A DNA stretch of 39,625 nucleotides from Escherichia phage nasanit. The translations under genes and the position numbers were made by a program. This document shows, one piece after another, positions 1 to 7,347 of this stretch. The stretch is from the sequence record PV245933.1; one strand, written 5' to 3'. Positions within the stretch are counted from its first letter, which is position 1; every line of letters starts with the position of its first letter. Under the pieces are notes generated by a model. That model was not told the DNA's origin. It saw only the letters and a program-made list of their open reading frames with translations, and made no database searches.

Positions 1-44
1 TGGAATACAACGAGGCCACGGATGGCTGACACTAGGAGGACATA

Positions 45-251
45 ATGTTGTCATTGGATTTTAACAACGAGGTAGTGAAGGCTGCTCCGATTGTAGGGAC
101 AGGGGTTGCCGATGGTGCTGCCAGACTGTTCTTCGGCCTGTCACTTAACGAGTGGTTCTATGTAGCCGCAATTGCCTACACAGTGGCTCAAATTGGTGCC
201 AAGGTAGTCGATGTGATTATCAAATGGAAGAAGGAGGGTAAAGATGTCTAA
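45..251 (+). CDS. 17.5: Holin, T7 gp17.5-like (type II holin)
   Basis: 68-aa ORF with AGGAGG SD about 8 nt upstream; hydrophobic core and basic C-terminus; close resemblance to T7-group holin as I recall it. Confidence 0.85.
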   Translation: MLSLDFNNEVVKAAPIVGTGVADGAARLFFGLSLNEWFYVAAIAYTVAQIGAKVVDVIIKWKKEGKDV

Positions 252-513
252 TGATAAATCTTTGATTCAATTCCTTGAGATGCTGGACACTGAGATGGCT
301 CAACGTATGCTGAAAGACCTTCAGGATGACGAGAAGCGCACACCTCAACTGTACAACGCAATCGGGAAACTATTAGAGCGCCACAAGTTCCAAGTCTCCA
401 AGTTACAGCCAGACCGTAACATCCTTGGTGGACTGGCAGATGGACTCGAAGAGTACCAGAACATGGTAGGTGCCGACGGTCTCACTGAAGATGAGAAGTA
501 CACGCTGAACTGA
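244..513 (+). CDS. 18: Terminase small subunit (DNA maturation protein A), gp18-like
   Basis: 89-aa ORF starting MSNDKSLIQFLEMLD, overlapping holin stop by 8 nt; T7 gp18 size and sequence pattern. Confidence 0.88.
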   Translation: MSNDKSLIQFLEMLDTEMAQRMLKDLQDDEKRTPQLYNAIGKLLERHKFQVSKLQPDRNILGGLADGLEEYQNMVGADGLTEDEKYTLN

Positions 514-516
514 TGG

Positions 517-560
517 AATAACTCAAGGCCACTACATCTAGTGGTCTTTATGATATTTCA
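517..560 (+). promoter_or_regulatory. Conserved processing hairpin (RNase III site-like, R18.5 position)
   Basis: AACTCAAGGCC...TAGTGGTCTTTATGATATT; member of an 8-copy hairpin family; stem pairs with G-U wobbles at RNA level. Confidence 0.45.
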
Positions 561-611
561 ACACAACTCACGGTGACGCTACGTGAAATCTGAAAATACG
601 GGAGGGTAGTT

Positions 612-1055
612 ATGCTCAAGAATTTAAAGAGCTACGCCATAATCGCTGCGTTTGCCTTGGGTATTACCCTTGCGTATAACCACGGATATGACAAAGCTAA
701 CACTAAATGGGAACAGGAGGTGCACAATGAGTACGTTAAGAAAGTTGAGGCGACTGCGGATAAACAGGCTGCTCTCAATGAAGTCTCACGACAATACCAA
801 GAAGACCTTGCGGCGCTGGAAGGCAGCACTGATAGGGTCATTAATGATTTGCGTAACGATGGTAAGCGGCTGCGTGTCAAACTATCAGCCACCTCACGAG
901 AACTCCAAGCTAACGGTGGATGCCTCGTTGATGGTCGAGCCGAACTTGACGAAGAGTTTAGTAAGCGTCTTATCGGAGTAACTCAAAGAGGGGATGCGTG
1001 GATTAAAGCGCTCCAAAATACAATAACTGAAATACAATCTAAGAAGGAGAAATAA
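612..1055 (+). CDS. 18.5: i-spanin (Rz-like), gp18.5
   Basis: 147-aa ORF, N-terminal TM helix then coiled-coil periplasmic domain; motif WEQEVHNEYVKKVEA typical of T7 gp18.5. Confidence 0.85.
   Translation: MLKNLKSYAIIAAFALGITLAYNHGYDKANTKWEQEVHNEYVKKVEATADKQAALNEVSRQYQEDLAALEGSTDRVINDLRNDGKRLRVKLSATSRELQANGGCLVDGRAELDEEFSKRLIGVTQRGDAWIKALQNTITEIQSKKEK
727..981 (+). CDS. 18.7: o-spanin (Rz1-like lipoprotein), gp18.7, embedded in +1 frame of 18.5
   Basis: 84 aa starting MSTLRKL inside ORF 652-981; lipobox-like VSGC followed by Pro-rich segment; embedded arrangement as in T7. Confidence 0.75.
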   Translation: MSTLRKLRRLRINRLLSMKSHDNTKKTLRRWKAALIGSLMICVTMVSGCVSNYQPPHENSKLTVDASLMVEPNLTKSLVSVLSE

Positions 1056-1056
1056 T

Positions 1057-1614
1057 ATGGCTGCTACAAACTCAAGAACCCGCACACTCTGGACCATCAA
1101 TGGTCGCTCACCAGACAGTCGTGATGTGTATGACCACAACAATATTGGTATTCGCGTTGGGCGTATCGACATCCCAGCTTCGGAGATGGTCAAGGTAGAT
1201 GGCTACTCTAAGGTTGAATACGTTGTTCAACTTAGCGATGGCACCACTGAGCAACATGCTACGTTCGAGACCCTTATGTCCACTTGGGGTGGCTCCGTCG
1301 AGTCTAAGCCGGGAAGCGGGTTCATGACGGTGTTCCTGAATGAGCAAAGCACTGAGCGACTCGGTATGGTTCGAATCGACGTATACAAAGAGTGGACTGG
1401 TGCTGACCCTGAACCTGAAGGTGGCATGGCTTCCTTAGTTAGCGCAACGCTTTCTGCGTCTGATAGTGAATTTGGTACACAGTTCGTGGATAGCGAAGGG
1501 AAGAGCGCTTCCGTTATGTTCCAACCTAGTAACATCGACGGGGCTGTATCTAAGACCGACACTATCAAGGCTCTTGAGAAGCGCATTGATGCCTTAGAGA
1601 AATCTGCCAAGTAA
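1057..1614 (+). CDS. Hypothetical protein, 185 aa, no family recognised
   Basis: Intact ORF; ATG 1 nt after 18.5 stop with AAGGAGA SD; ends 15 nt before gene 19; codon usage like neighbours; no TM segment; amphipathic C-terminus KALEKRIDALEKSAK. Confidence 0.6.
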   Translation: MAATNSRTRTLWTINGRSPDSRDVYDHNNIGIRVGRIDIPASEMVKVDGYSKVEYVVQLSDGTTEQHATFETLMSTWGGSVESKPGSGFMTVFLNEQSTERLGMVRIDVYKEWTGADPEPEGGMASLVSATLSASDSEFGTQFVDSEGKSASVMFQPSNIDGAVSKTDTIKALEKRIDALEKSAK

Positions 1615-1629
1615 CAATAGGAGGCCACA

Positions 1630-3387
1630 ATGTCTACTCAAGCAAACAAGAATGCGCTCATCGTGGCGCAACTTAAGGGTGACTTCGTGGCCTTCCTGTT
1701 CGTCTTATGGAAGGCTCTGAACTTACCTAAACCAACCAAGTGTCAGATTGATATGGCACGTACACTCGCTAATGGCGACCACAAGAAGTTTATCCTACAG
1801 GCGTTCCGTGGTATCGGCAAGTCCTTTATCACCTGTGCGTTCGTCGTGTGGGTCTTATGGCGTGACCCTCAACTTAAGGTGCTCATCGTGTCTGCCTCTA
1901 AGGAACGTGCTGATGCTAACTCCATCTTCATCAAGAACATCATCGACCTCCTTCCGTTCCTCTCTGAGTTGAAACCTCGACCGGGACAGCGAGACTCCGT
2001 GATTAGCTTCGACGTTGGCTTGGCGAAACCAGACCACTCACCCTCTGTGAAGTCTGTAGGCATTACTGGTCAGTTGACTGGTAGCCGTGCTGACATTATC
2101 ATCGCAGATGACGTTGAGGTTCCCGGCAACAGTTCTACAAGCTCTGCTCGTGAGAAGCTGTGGACACTGGTAACTGAGTTTGCTGCGTTACTTAAGCCGT
2201 TACCTACCTCTCGTGTTATCTACCTTGGGACACCTCAAACCGAGATGACTCTCTATAAGGAACTTGAGGATAACAAAGGGTACAGCACGGTAATCTGGCC
2301 AGCACAGTATCCACGTAATGATGCTGAGGCTCTCTACTATGGGGACCGCTTGGCTCCGATGCTTAAGGCTGAATACGATGAGGGCTATGAGTTACTTCGT
2401 GGTCAACCTACTGACCCTGTTCGATTCGATATGGATGACCTCCGTGAACGTGAACTCGAATATGGCAAAGCTGGCTACACTCTTCAGTTCATGCTTAACC
2501 CGAACCTTAGTGATGCCGAGAAGTACCCGCTACGGCTCCGTGACGCTATCGTGTGCGCTGTGGACCCCGAACGTGCCCCATTGTCTTACCAGTGGTTGCC
2601 GAACCGTCAGAACCGCAATGAGGAACTCCCTAACGTTGGTCTTAAGGGTGATGACATCCATGCGTTCCATACGTGCTCTTCTCGTACCGCTGAGTATCAG
2701 TCTAAGATTCTGGTCATTGACCCAAGTGGTCGTGGTAAGGATGAGACCGGGTACGCAGTCCTCTACTCACTTAACGGTTATATCTACTTGATGGAAGTCG
2801 GTGGGTTCCGTGGTGGTTACGATGATGCTACCCTAGAGAAGCTCGCTAAGAAGGCCAAGCAGTGGAAGGTACAGACAGTCGTCCATGAGTCCAACTTCGG
2901 TGACGGTATGTTCGGTAAGATTTTCTCTCCGATTCTCCTGAAGCACCATAAGTGTGCCTTAGAGGAAATCCGTGCTAAGGGCATGAAGGAGATGCGAATC
3001 TGCGATACTATCGAACCGTTGATGGGTGCGCACAAGCTGGTAATTCGTGATGAGGTTATTCGTGAGGACTACCAGACTGCTCGTGACCTTGATGGGAAAC
3101 ATGATGTTCGCTATAGTGCGTTCTATCAGATGACCCGTATGACCCGTGAGCGAGGCGCTGTGGCACACGATGACCGACTTGATGCTATCGCATTGGGTAT
3201 CGAATGGCTACGCGAGGGGATGCTTGTAGACAGCCGTGTAGGTGAAGAAGAGATGACCCTTGAGTTCCTTGAACACCACATGGAGAAACAGACCATTGGT
3301 GGCGACCAGATTCATAGCTATGATGTAGGAGGTGTGGACATCTACTATGAGGACGATGGGGACTCTAGCAGCTTCATTGAGTGGTAA
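1630..3387 (+). CDS. 19: Terminase large subunit (DNA maturation protein B), gp19
   Basis: 585 aa; Walker A-like AFRGIGKSF; strong overall similarity to T7 gp19 (T7 is 586 aa). Confidence 0.95.
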   Translation: MSTQANKNALIVAQLKGDFVAFLFVLWKALNLPKPTKCQIDMARTLANGDHKKFILQAFRGIGKSFITCAFVVWVLWRDPQLKVLIVSASKERADANSIFIKNIIDLLPFLSELKPRPGQRDSVISFDVGLAKPDHSPSVKSVGITGQLTGSRADIIIADDVEVPGNSSTSSAREKLWTLVTEFAALLKPLPTSRVIYLGTPQTEMTLYKELEDNKGYSTVIWPAQYPRNDAEALYYGDRLAPMLKAEYDEGYELLRGQPTDPVRFDMDDLRERELEYGKAGYTLQFMLNPNLSDAEKYPLRLRDAIVCAVDPERAPLSYQWLPNRQNRNEELPNVGLKGDDIHAFHTCSSRTAEYQSKILVIDPSGRGKDETGYAVLYSLNGYIYLMEVGGFRGGYDDATLEKLAKKAKQWKVQTVVHESNFGDGMFGKIFSPILLKHHKCALEEIRAKGMKEMRICDTIEPLMGAHKLVIRDEVIREDYQTARDLDGKHDVRYSAFYQMTRMTRERGAVAHDDRLDAIALGIEWLREGMLVDSRVGEEEMTLEFLEHHMEKQTIGGDQIHSYDVGGVDIYYEDDGDSSSFIEW

Positions 3388-3476
3388 TATAGATAAGTAT
3401 GCGGGAAAGGTGCATAGGTAAGCACTTAGTACCGCTACGTTACCGTTAAGTAACTTACTGATATACATGAAGAAAT

Positions 3477-3499
3477 TAATACGACTCACTATTGGGAAG
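3477..3499 (+). promoter_or_regulatory. Phage RNAP promoter (phiOR position)
   Basis: TAATACGACTCACTATTGGGAAG; matches T7 promoter core except T at -1. Confidence 0.8.
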
Positions 3500-3655
3500 G
3501 GCACCCTAAGACAACTTAAAGACACTTAAAGACTGCATATGCAAAGTGCATACTTAGTGACTACTCTTAGAGACCCTTACAGTGTGGGATGATAGTAATT
3601 GTAATTACATCCCTACTATCAGTGTAACCATCAAGTATAACAAGGAGGACGCTCT

Positions 3656-3811
3656 ATGCGCTTACTATCCGTGCTCAAGACACTGGCAACGCATCGAGTG
3701 ACCTACAAATTTCTCGCTGTACTTGCTGCTTCCATCGGTCTCGCATCTAGTGTTGAACACATCGGTGAACTGGAGACTCTGCTTTGTTCTCTACTCACTT
3801 GTGTTCCTTAG
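3656..3811 (+). CDS. 19.5: gp19.5-like small protein (51 aa)
   Basis: ORF MRLLSVLKTLATHRVTYKF... with AAGGAGG SD; last gene before genome right end as in T7. Confidence 0.6.
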   Translation: MRLLSVLKTLATHRVTYKFLAVLAASIGLASSVEHIGELETLLCSLLTCVP

Positions 3812-3839
3812 ACTGCTCGTTGGCGCTTAACGCGCTCTT

Positions 3840-3877
3840 AGTGATTATGGTCGATATACATCTTCCCTATAATCACT
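3840..3877. repeat. Inverted repeat (9-bp arms AGTGATTAT / ATAATCACT) near genome right end
   Basis: Perfect 9-bp arms separated by 20 nt, read directly from sequence. Confidence 0.5.
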
Positions 3878-4084
3878 GTAAGAAGTCAACTCTAAGAGGT
3901 AGCCTTATGTATTCCTTAACGGTCTACAGGGTCTCTTAGGGTCTCTCACGTGGTCTAACCTTATGATAGCCACTCCAAGGATAACCTTATGAGAGACTTG
4001 ATGTACCCCTTTAAGAATCCTACAGAAAAATCTGAGTGGGTATCTCATAGTTCATACCAAGTGGTTTCCCCCTGTAGGTAACTC

Positions 4085-4187
4085 TGTGGATAACCTGAGG
4101 ATAACTCTGTGGATAACTTGTGGATAACTCTAGGTTAGAGGCTGTGTGGATAACTTTGGGTGAGACTGTTAGTAACTCTGTGGATAA
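4085..4187 (+). repeat. Array of five perfect TGTGGATAA 9-mers (complement TTATCCACA = consensus DnaA box) plus one imperfect copy
   Basis: Perfect copies at 4085, 4108, 4119, 4145, 4179; TGAGGATAA at 4096; all in the same orientation. Confidence 0.6.
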
Positions 4188-4207
4188 CTCTGTGTCTCTG
4201 TGTCCCT

Positions 4208-4214
4208 ATCTGTA
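4208..4214 (+). promoter_or_regulatory. Candidate phage-RNAP pause site (concatemer-junction type), ATCTGTA
   Basis: CCCTATCTGTAAG resembles the T7 class II pause/termination signal ATCTGTT at the T7 concatemer junction; one mismatch. Confidence 0.3.
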
Positions 4215-4366
4215 AGTGACCTTTGAGTTATCACCTTATGTTATCACCTTATGACCCTTTAAGTATCACCTTATGGCTGGTTATCCTTATGTTAACCTTC
4301 AGTCGGTGCCTTCAGTCCATAGACCTATCGTTGCCACTCTTAGACCAGCCTTAAATACCATACAGC

Positions 4367-4389
4367 TAATATGACTCACTATTGAGGAA
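4367..4389 (+). promoter_or_regulatory. Phage RNAP promoter (phiOL position), variant
   Basis: TAATATGACTCACTATTGAGGAA; degenerate relative to the other copies. Confidence 0.65.
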
Positions 4390-4472
4390 TAGCTAATACT
4401 GGTCATCTTCCTTATAGGGATAACTTAAAGACTACTAAAAGAGATACTTTGAGAATTCTTTAAGATTGAGTA

Positions 4473-4501
4473 TTGACATTGATAATAGCTTATGAGACTA
4501 T
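4473..4501 (+). promoter_or_regulatory. Sigma70-type early promoter (A1-like)
   Basis: TTGACA, 17-nt spacer, GACTAT. Confidence 0.5.
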
Positions 4502-4607
4502 AGCAACCGTTGAGAGACACAACGCTACCAACCACTAGACAAGACCGAGAGTTATCTAGTGAGGCTGAAGAGTCTCAAGTAGTCATCAACCAGACACACG
4601 AAAGTGG

Positions 4608-4636
4608 TTGACTCAACGAAAGCAATAACGTAGTAT
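4608..4636 (+). promoter_or_regulatory. Sigma70-type early promoter (additional)
   Basis: TTGACT, 17-nt spacer, TAGTAT. Confidence 0.45.
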
Positions 4637-4697
4637 AGCAGTCGTCAACAACTGGTCGCCCTCTGAAACAACATGAGGTGTCACGGTGAGAAAGGTG

Positions 4698-4727
4698 TTG
4701 ACAAGCAGTAAAGATAAGATGTAAGAT
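4698..4727 (+). promoter_or_regulatory. Sigma70-type early promoter (A2-like)
   Basis: TTGACA, 18-nt spacer, TAAGAT. Confidence 0.55.
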
Positions 4728-4857
4728 GTACGACATGCAATAAGAGAGAACGGATAGGAACTGCGAAACCTGCCGGATACTCGCCAAGGATGAGGCACTG
4801 CTTATTGGAGTATGCAGACACGATAAGCACCACGTTATCTTCTAGTCAAATTAAGTG

Positions 4858-4886
4858 TTGACACGGTAACGAAAGCACGATAAGAT
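4858..4886 (+). promoter_or_regulatory. Sigma70-type early promoter (A3-like)
   Basis: TTGACA, 17-nt spacer, TAAGAT; downstream sequence GTACCAC..AGTGAGTCACCACACTGAAAGGTGATGCGGTCTAACGAAACCTGACC resembles T7 A3 region. Confidence 0.55.
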
Positions 4887-5004
4887 GTACCACGAAATGA
4901 CGGAACAGTGAGTCACCACACTGAAAGGTGATGCGGTCTAACGAAACCTGACCAAAGACGCTCTTTAACAATCTGGATAATAGCTCTTGAGTGTACCGTA
5001 TAAG

Positions 5005-5050
5005 CGAATAACTCAAGGTCGCACTGAAAGCGTGGCCTTTATGATATTCA
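5005..5050 (+). promoter_or_regulatory. Conserved processing hairpin (RNase III site-like, R0.3 position)
   Basis: ATAACTCAAGGTCGCACTGAAAGCGTGGCCTTTATGATATTCA. Confidence 0.45.
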
Positions 5051-5079
5051 CTTAACGAACTAACATGAGGTAACACCTA

Positions 5080-5538
5080 ATGATTTTCACTAAAGAGCCT
5101 GCTAATGTCTTCTATGTACTGGTGTCAGCTTTCCGTTCCAACCTCGACGATGAGGTGAATATGAGTCGTCACCGCCACATGGTAAGCACTTTACGTGCCG
5201 CACCGGGTCTTTATGGCTCCGTTGAGTCAACCGATTTGACCGGGTGCTATCGTGAGGCAATCGCAAGCGCACCGACTGAGGAAAAAACGGTTCGTGTACG
5301 CTGCAAGGACAAGGCGCAGGCACTCAATGTTGCACGCTTAGCTTGCAATGAGTGGGAGCAAGATTGCGTACTGGTATACAAATCACAGACTCACACGGCT
5401 GGTCTGGTGTACGCTAAAGGAATCGACGGTTACAAGGCTGAACGTCTGCCGGGTAGCTTCCAAGAAGTGCCTAAAGGCGCACCGCTTCAAGGTTGCTTTA
5501 CGATTGATGAGTTCGGTCGCCGCTGGCAAGTACAGTAA
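5080..5538 (+). CDS. 0.3: S-adenosylmethionine-cleaving enzyme (T3 gene 0.3-type SAM hydrolase/lyase), anti-restriction
   Basis: 152 aa starting MIFTKEPANVFYVLVSAF; matches my recollection of T3 gp0.3 (152 aa), not T7 Ocr (117 aa, acidic). Confidence 0.8.
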   Translation: MIFTKEPANVFYVLVSAFRSNLDDEVNMSRHRHMVSTLRAAPGLYGSVESTDLTGCYREAIASAPTEEKTVRVRCKDKAQALNVARLACNEWEQDCVLVYKSQTHTAGLVYAKGIDGYKAERLPGSFQEVPKGAPLQGCFTIDEFGRRWQVQ

Positions 5539-5540
5539 GT

Positions 5541-5585
5541 GATAAACTCAAGGTCGCTCAATATGAGTGGCCTTTCATGATTATC
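5541..5585 (+). promoter_or_regulatory. Conserved processing hairpin (RNase III site-like)
   Basis: GATAAACTCAAGGTCGCTCAATATGAGTGGCCTTTCATGATTATC. Confidence 0.45.
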
Positions 5586-5611
5586 ATTTAACATGCAATA
5601 GGACTAACACC

Positions 5612-5812
5612 ATGAGTAAACTTCTGGCAACATCTAAAATCAAAGGTCAATGCACTGTAACACTGCGAGAGTATGATCACGGGGCAATGGGTAGCACCTA
5701 CGTTGTACGATACGGTAAACAAGTCACGCATTGGGTGAACGAGGTTTTGGCGCAAGAAGAATACCAAGCCTGCGTGATACACCAAGCAACATGTGCAGGC
5801 TGGAATGACTGA
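5612..5812 (+). CDS. Hypothetical early protein, 66 aa
   Basis: ORF MSKLLATSKIKGQC... with AGGA SD; the track start at 5567 lies inside the upstream hairpin and is rejected. Confidence 0.5.
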   Translation: MSKLLATSKIKGQCTVTLREYDHGAMGSTYVVRYGKQVTHWVNEVLAQEEYQACVIHQATCAGWND

Positions 5813-5859
5813 TGGCGCGATTTGCACGCACTGGACAATAGCCTTTTAGTCTAACCAGT

Positions 5860-5905
5860 GATAAACTCAAGGTCGCTCCTAGCGAGTGGCCTTTCATGAT
5901 TATCA
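5860..5905 (+). promoter_or_regulatory. Conserved processing hairpin (RNase III site-like), near-identical duplicate of 5541-5585
   Basis: GATAAACTCAAGGTCGCTCCTAGCGAGTGGCCTTTCATGATTATC. Confidence 0.45.
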
Positions 5906-5933
5906 CTTTGAAACAACGCACGGGATTAATATC

Positions 5934-6071
5934 ATGCTGAAACATTACGTCATGCCTATCCACACCAAGAACGGCGCTACAGTTTGCACACCTGATGGCT
6001 TCGCAATGAAACAACGAATCGAACGCCTTAAGCGTGAACTGCGCACAAATCGCAAGATCAACAATATCTAA
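5934..6071 (+). CDS. Hypothetical early protein, 45 aa, basic C-terminus
   Basis: ORF MLKHYVMPIHTKNG...; weak SD; track start at 5886 lies in the hairpin and is rejected. Confidence 0.4.
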   Translation: MLKHYVMPIHTKNGATVCTPDGFAMKQRIERLKRELRTNRKINNI

Positions 6072-6176
6072 ATCTAATTACATTTGACACTGGATAATGC
6101 ACGAAGTGAGCGCTAGCGACATCATGGGCGCTCTCTCTCCCTCTTAAAGTAAACTAACTAAATAGGACACAATCTA

Positions 6177-7274
6177 ATGAACTACACCGACATTCAGGCA
6201 CGTCTGGCAATCATCAAGTCTCTCCCGATTAGTGAACTGGACAAGCGCCAGCCTCTTTTGGTTGCACTGGCTGCTGACATCGTGAACGGTGAAACATGCG
6301 ATGGTGACGATACAAACGGGTCGCAGTGTCTTGAGTATCAGGACTGGTGGAACACCTTGGGCGCTCTCATGCGTGATGCAGGTTTTCGTATGTTGGGTAA
6401 TGGTCATTTTAGTGCGGCCTACTCGCATGAACTGTTACCGGGTCGAGTCGTCAAGGTTGGCTTTAAGAAAGAGGATTCAGGCGCTGCGTACACTGCGTTC
6501 TGTAGGATGCACCAAGGCCGAGCGGGTATCCCTAACGTCTATCACGTAGCACGTCATGCAGGTTGCTATACGGTCGTACTGGACCACTTAAAAAGCTGTG
6601 ACGACGATAATTATGACCATGAGGCATACGCTGACCTCGCACGTTACTTTGTGGAGTCGGATTGCCATGACGCAAGCGACTTTGCACCGGGTGACTACGA
6701 GTTCATCGAGACTTGCAAAATGATTCGTGAGTTCTTCAAAGGGATTGCATCTTTCGACATGCATCGCGGGAACATTATGTTCGACGATAACGATGTTCCG
6801 TACATCACTGACCCGGTTAGTTTCTCACATGACCGTGAACGTGAGGGCGGTTTGCCTCTGGACCCTGAAGAACTGCTGGCTGAGGTCGAGGCTGTAGCGC
6901 AAGAACGCATGATTGAACGTTGCCGCAACCGCAAGGCCAAGTGTGACCCTAACGGCTCCTTTCAGGTTAACCGCAAGGCCGCAATGAAACGCCGCAAGCG
7001 TAACCGTAAGTTACGTGCTAAACATGCAGCGGAAGGAATGCACCAGTTTGTCAAAGGGCGGCTTGAGCGTAGAGCTATTGACCGAAATGAACGCCGTGCT
7101 GAGATGTTTATGGGGTCTGCATGGCATTACGCATGGTTGCATAATGGTAACGCAACGTTCCGCAAGGTTGAACAAGTGAACGGCCTCAAGTGGCAACTAG
7201 GGGACCGCCTAGCAATCCAAGCGGGTCTCCCTTTGAACATCGACAAGTTACTTGACGCACAACTGAAAGGCTGA
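6177..7274 (+). CDS. 0.7: Ser/Thr protein kinase and host transcription shut-off protein, gp0.7
   Basis: 365 aa; N-terminal kinase region with MLGNGHFSAAYSH, KVGFKKEDSGAAYTAFCRM, FDMHRGNIMF; Arg/Lys-rich C-terminal domain as in T7 gp0.7. Confidence 0.9.
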   Translation: MNYTDIQARLAIIKSLPISELDKRQPLLVALAADIVNGETCDGDDTNGSQCLEYQDWWNTLGALMRDAGFRMLGNGHFSAAYSHELLPGRVVKVGFKKEDSGAAYTAFCRMHQGRAGIPNVYHVARHAGCYTVVLDHLKSCDDDNYDHEAYADLARYFVESDCHDASDFAPGDYEFIETCKMIREFFKGIASFDMHRGNIMFDDNDVPYITDPVSFSHDREREGGLPLDPEELLAEVEAVAQERMIERCRNRKAKCDPNGSFQVNRKAAMKRRKRNRKLRAKHAAEGMHQFVKGRLERRAIDRNERRAEMFMGSAWHYAWLHNGNATFRKVEQVNGLKWQLGDRLAIQAGLPLNIDKLLDAQLKG

Positions 7275-7277
7275 TAA

Positions 7278-7322
7278 GGTGTATCTTCAAGGTCGGCACT
7301 GACTGCTGGCCTTTATAGATAA
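7278..7322 (+). promoter_or_regulatory. Conserved processing hairpin (RNase III site-like, R1 position)
   Basis: TCTTCAAGGTCGGCACTGACTGCTGGCCTTTATAGATAAAC. Confidence 0.45.
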
Positions 7323-7347
7323 ACTTTCTTAACAACGTGAGGCAACA

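Larger units (their letters stand above)
4043..4215. repeat. Putative terminal repeat (single collapsed copy) / concatemer junction
   Basis: Begins TCTCATAGTTCA..TTCCCCC.TAGG and ends CTGTGTCCCTATCTGT, resembling T7/T3 terminal-repeat ends from memory; lies between gene 19.5 and the early promoters; boundaries approximate. Confidence 0.4.
3903..4291. repeat. Dispersed CCTTATG heptamer repeats flanking the putative terminal repeat
   Basis: 7 copies of CCTTATG (3903, 3959, 3985, 4234, 4247, 4269, 4285), analogous in position to the CCTAAAG-type short repeats at T7 genome ends. Confidence 0.5.

Noticed and set aside
2318-2791. 157-aa + strand ORF in an alternative frame inside gene 19
   Set aside because: T7 annotates small genes embedded in gene 19, but I see no SD or conservation evidence here; likely a chance frame.
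4081-4200. Possible CRISPR array suggested by the TGGATAACTC repeats
   Set aside because: Repeat units are only 9-12 bp with irregular short spacing and no cas genes; architecture is that of phage terminal short repeats or binding-site arrays.
4575-5076. Three minus-strand ORFs (61-76 aa) in the early promoter region
   Set aside because: Overlap the sigma70 promoter cluster and the R0.3 hairpin; no ribosome-binding sites; orientation opposite to all transcription signals.
5348-5542. 64-aa + strand ORF overlapping the 3' end of gene 0.3 in another frame
   Set aside because: No SD; fully overlapped by the well-supported SAMase gene.
5567-5611. Track ORF starts at 5567 and 5886 (both MAFHDYH...)
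   Set aside because: Both ATGs sit inside the conserved processing hairpin (CCTTTCATGATTA) with no SD; the identical N-termini are a by-product of the duplicated hairpin. Downstream ATGs at 5612 and 5934 were used instead.
6084-6120. Possible sigma70 promoter (TTGACA at 6084) upstream of gene 0.7
   Set aside because: No acceptable -10 hexamer at 16-18 nt spacing; the GATAAT nearby is only 3 nt from the -35.
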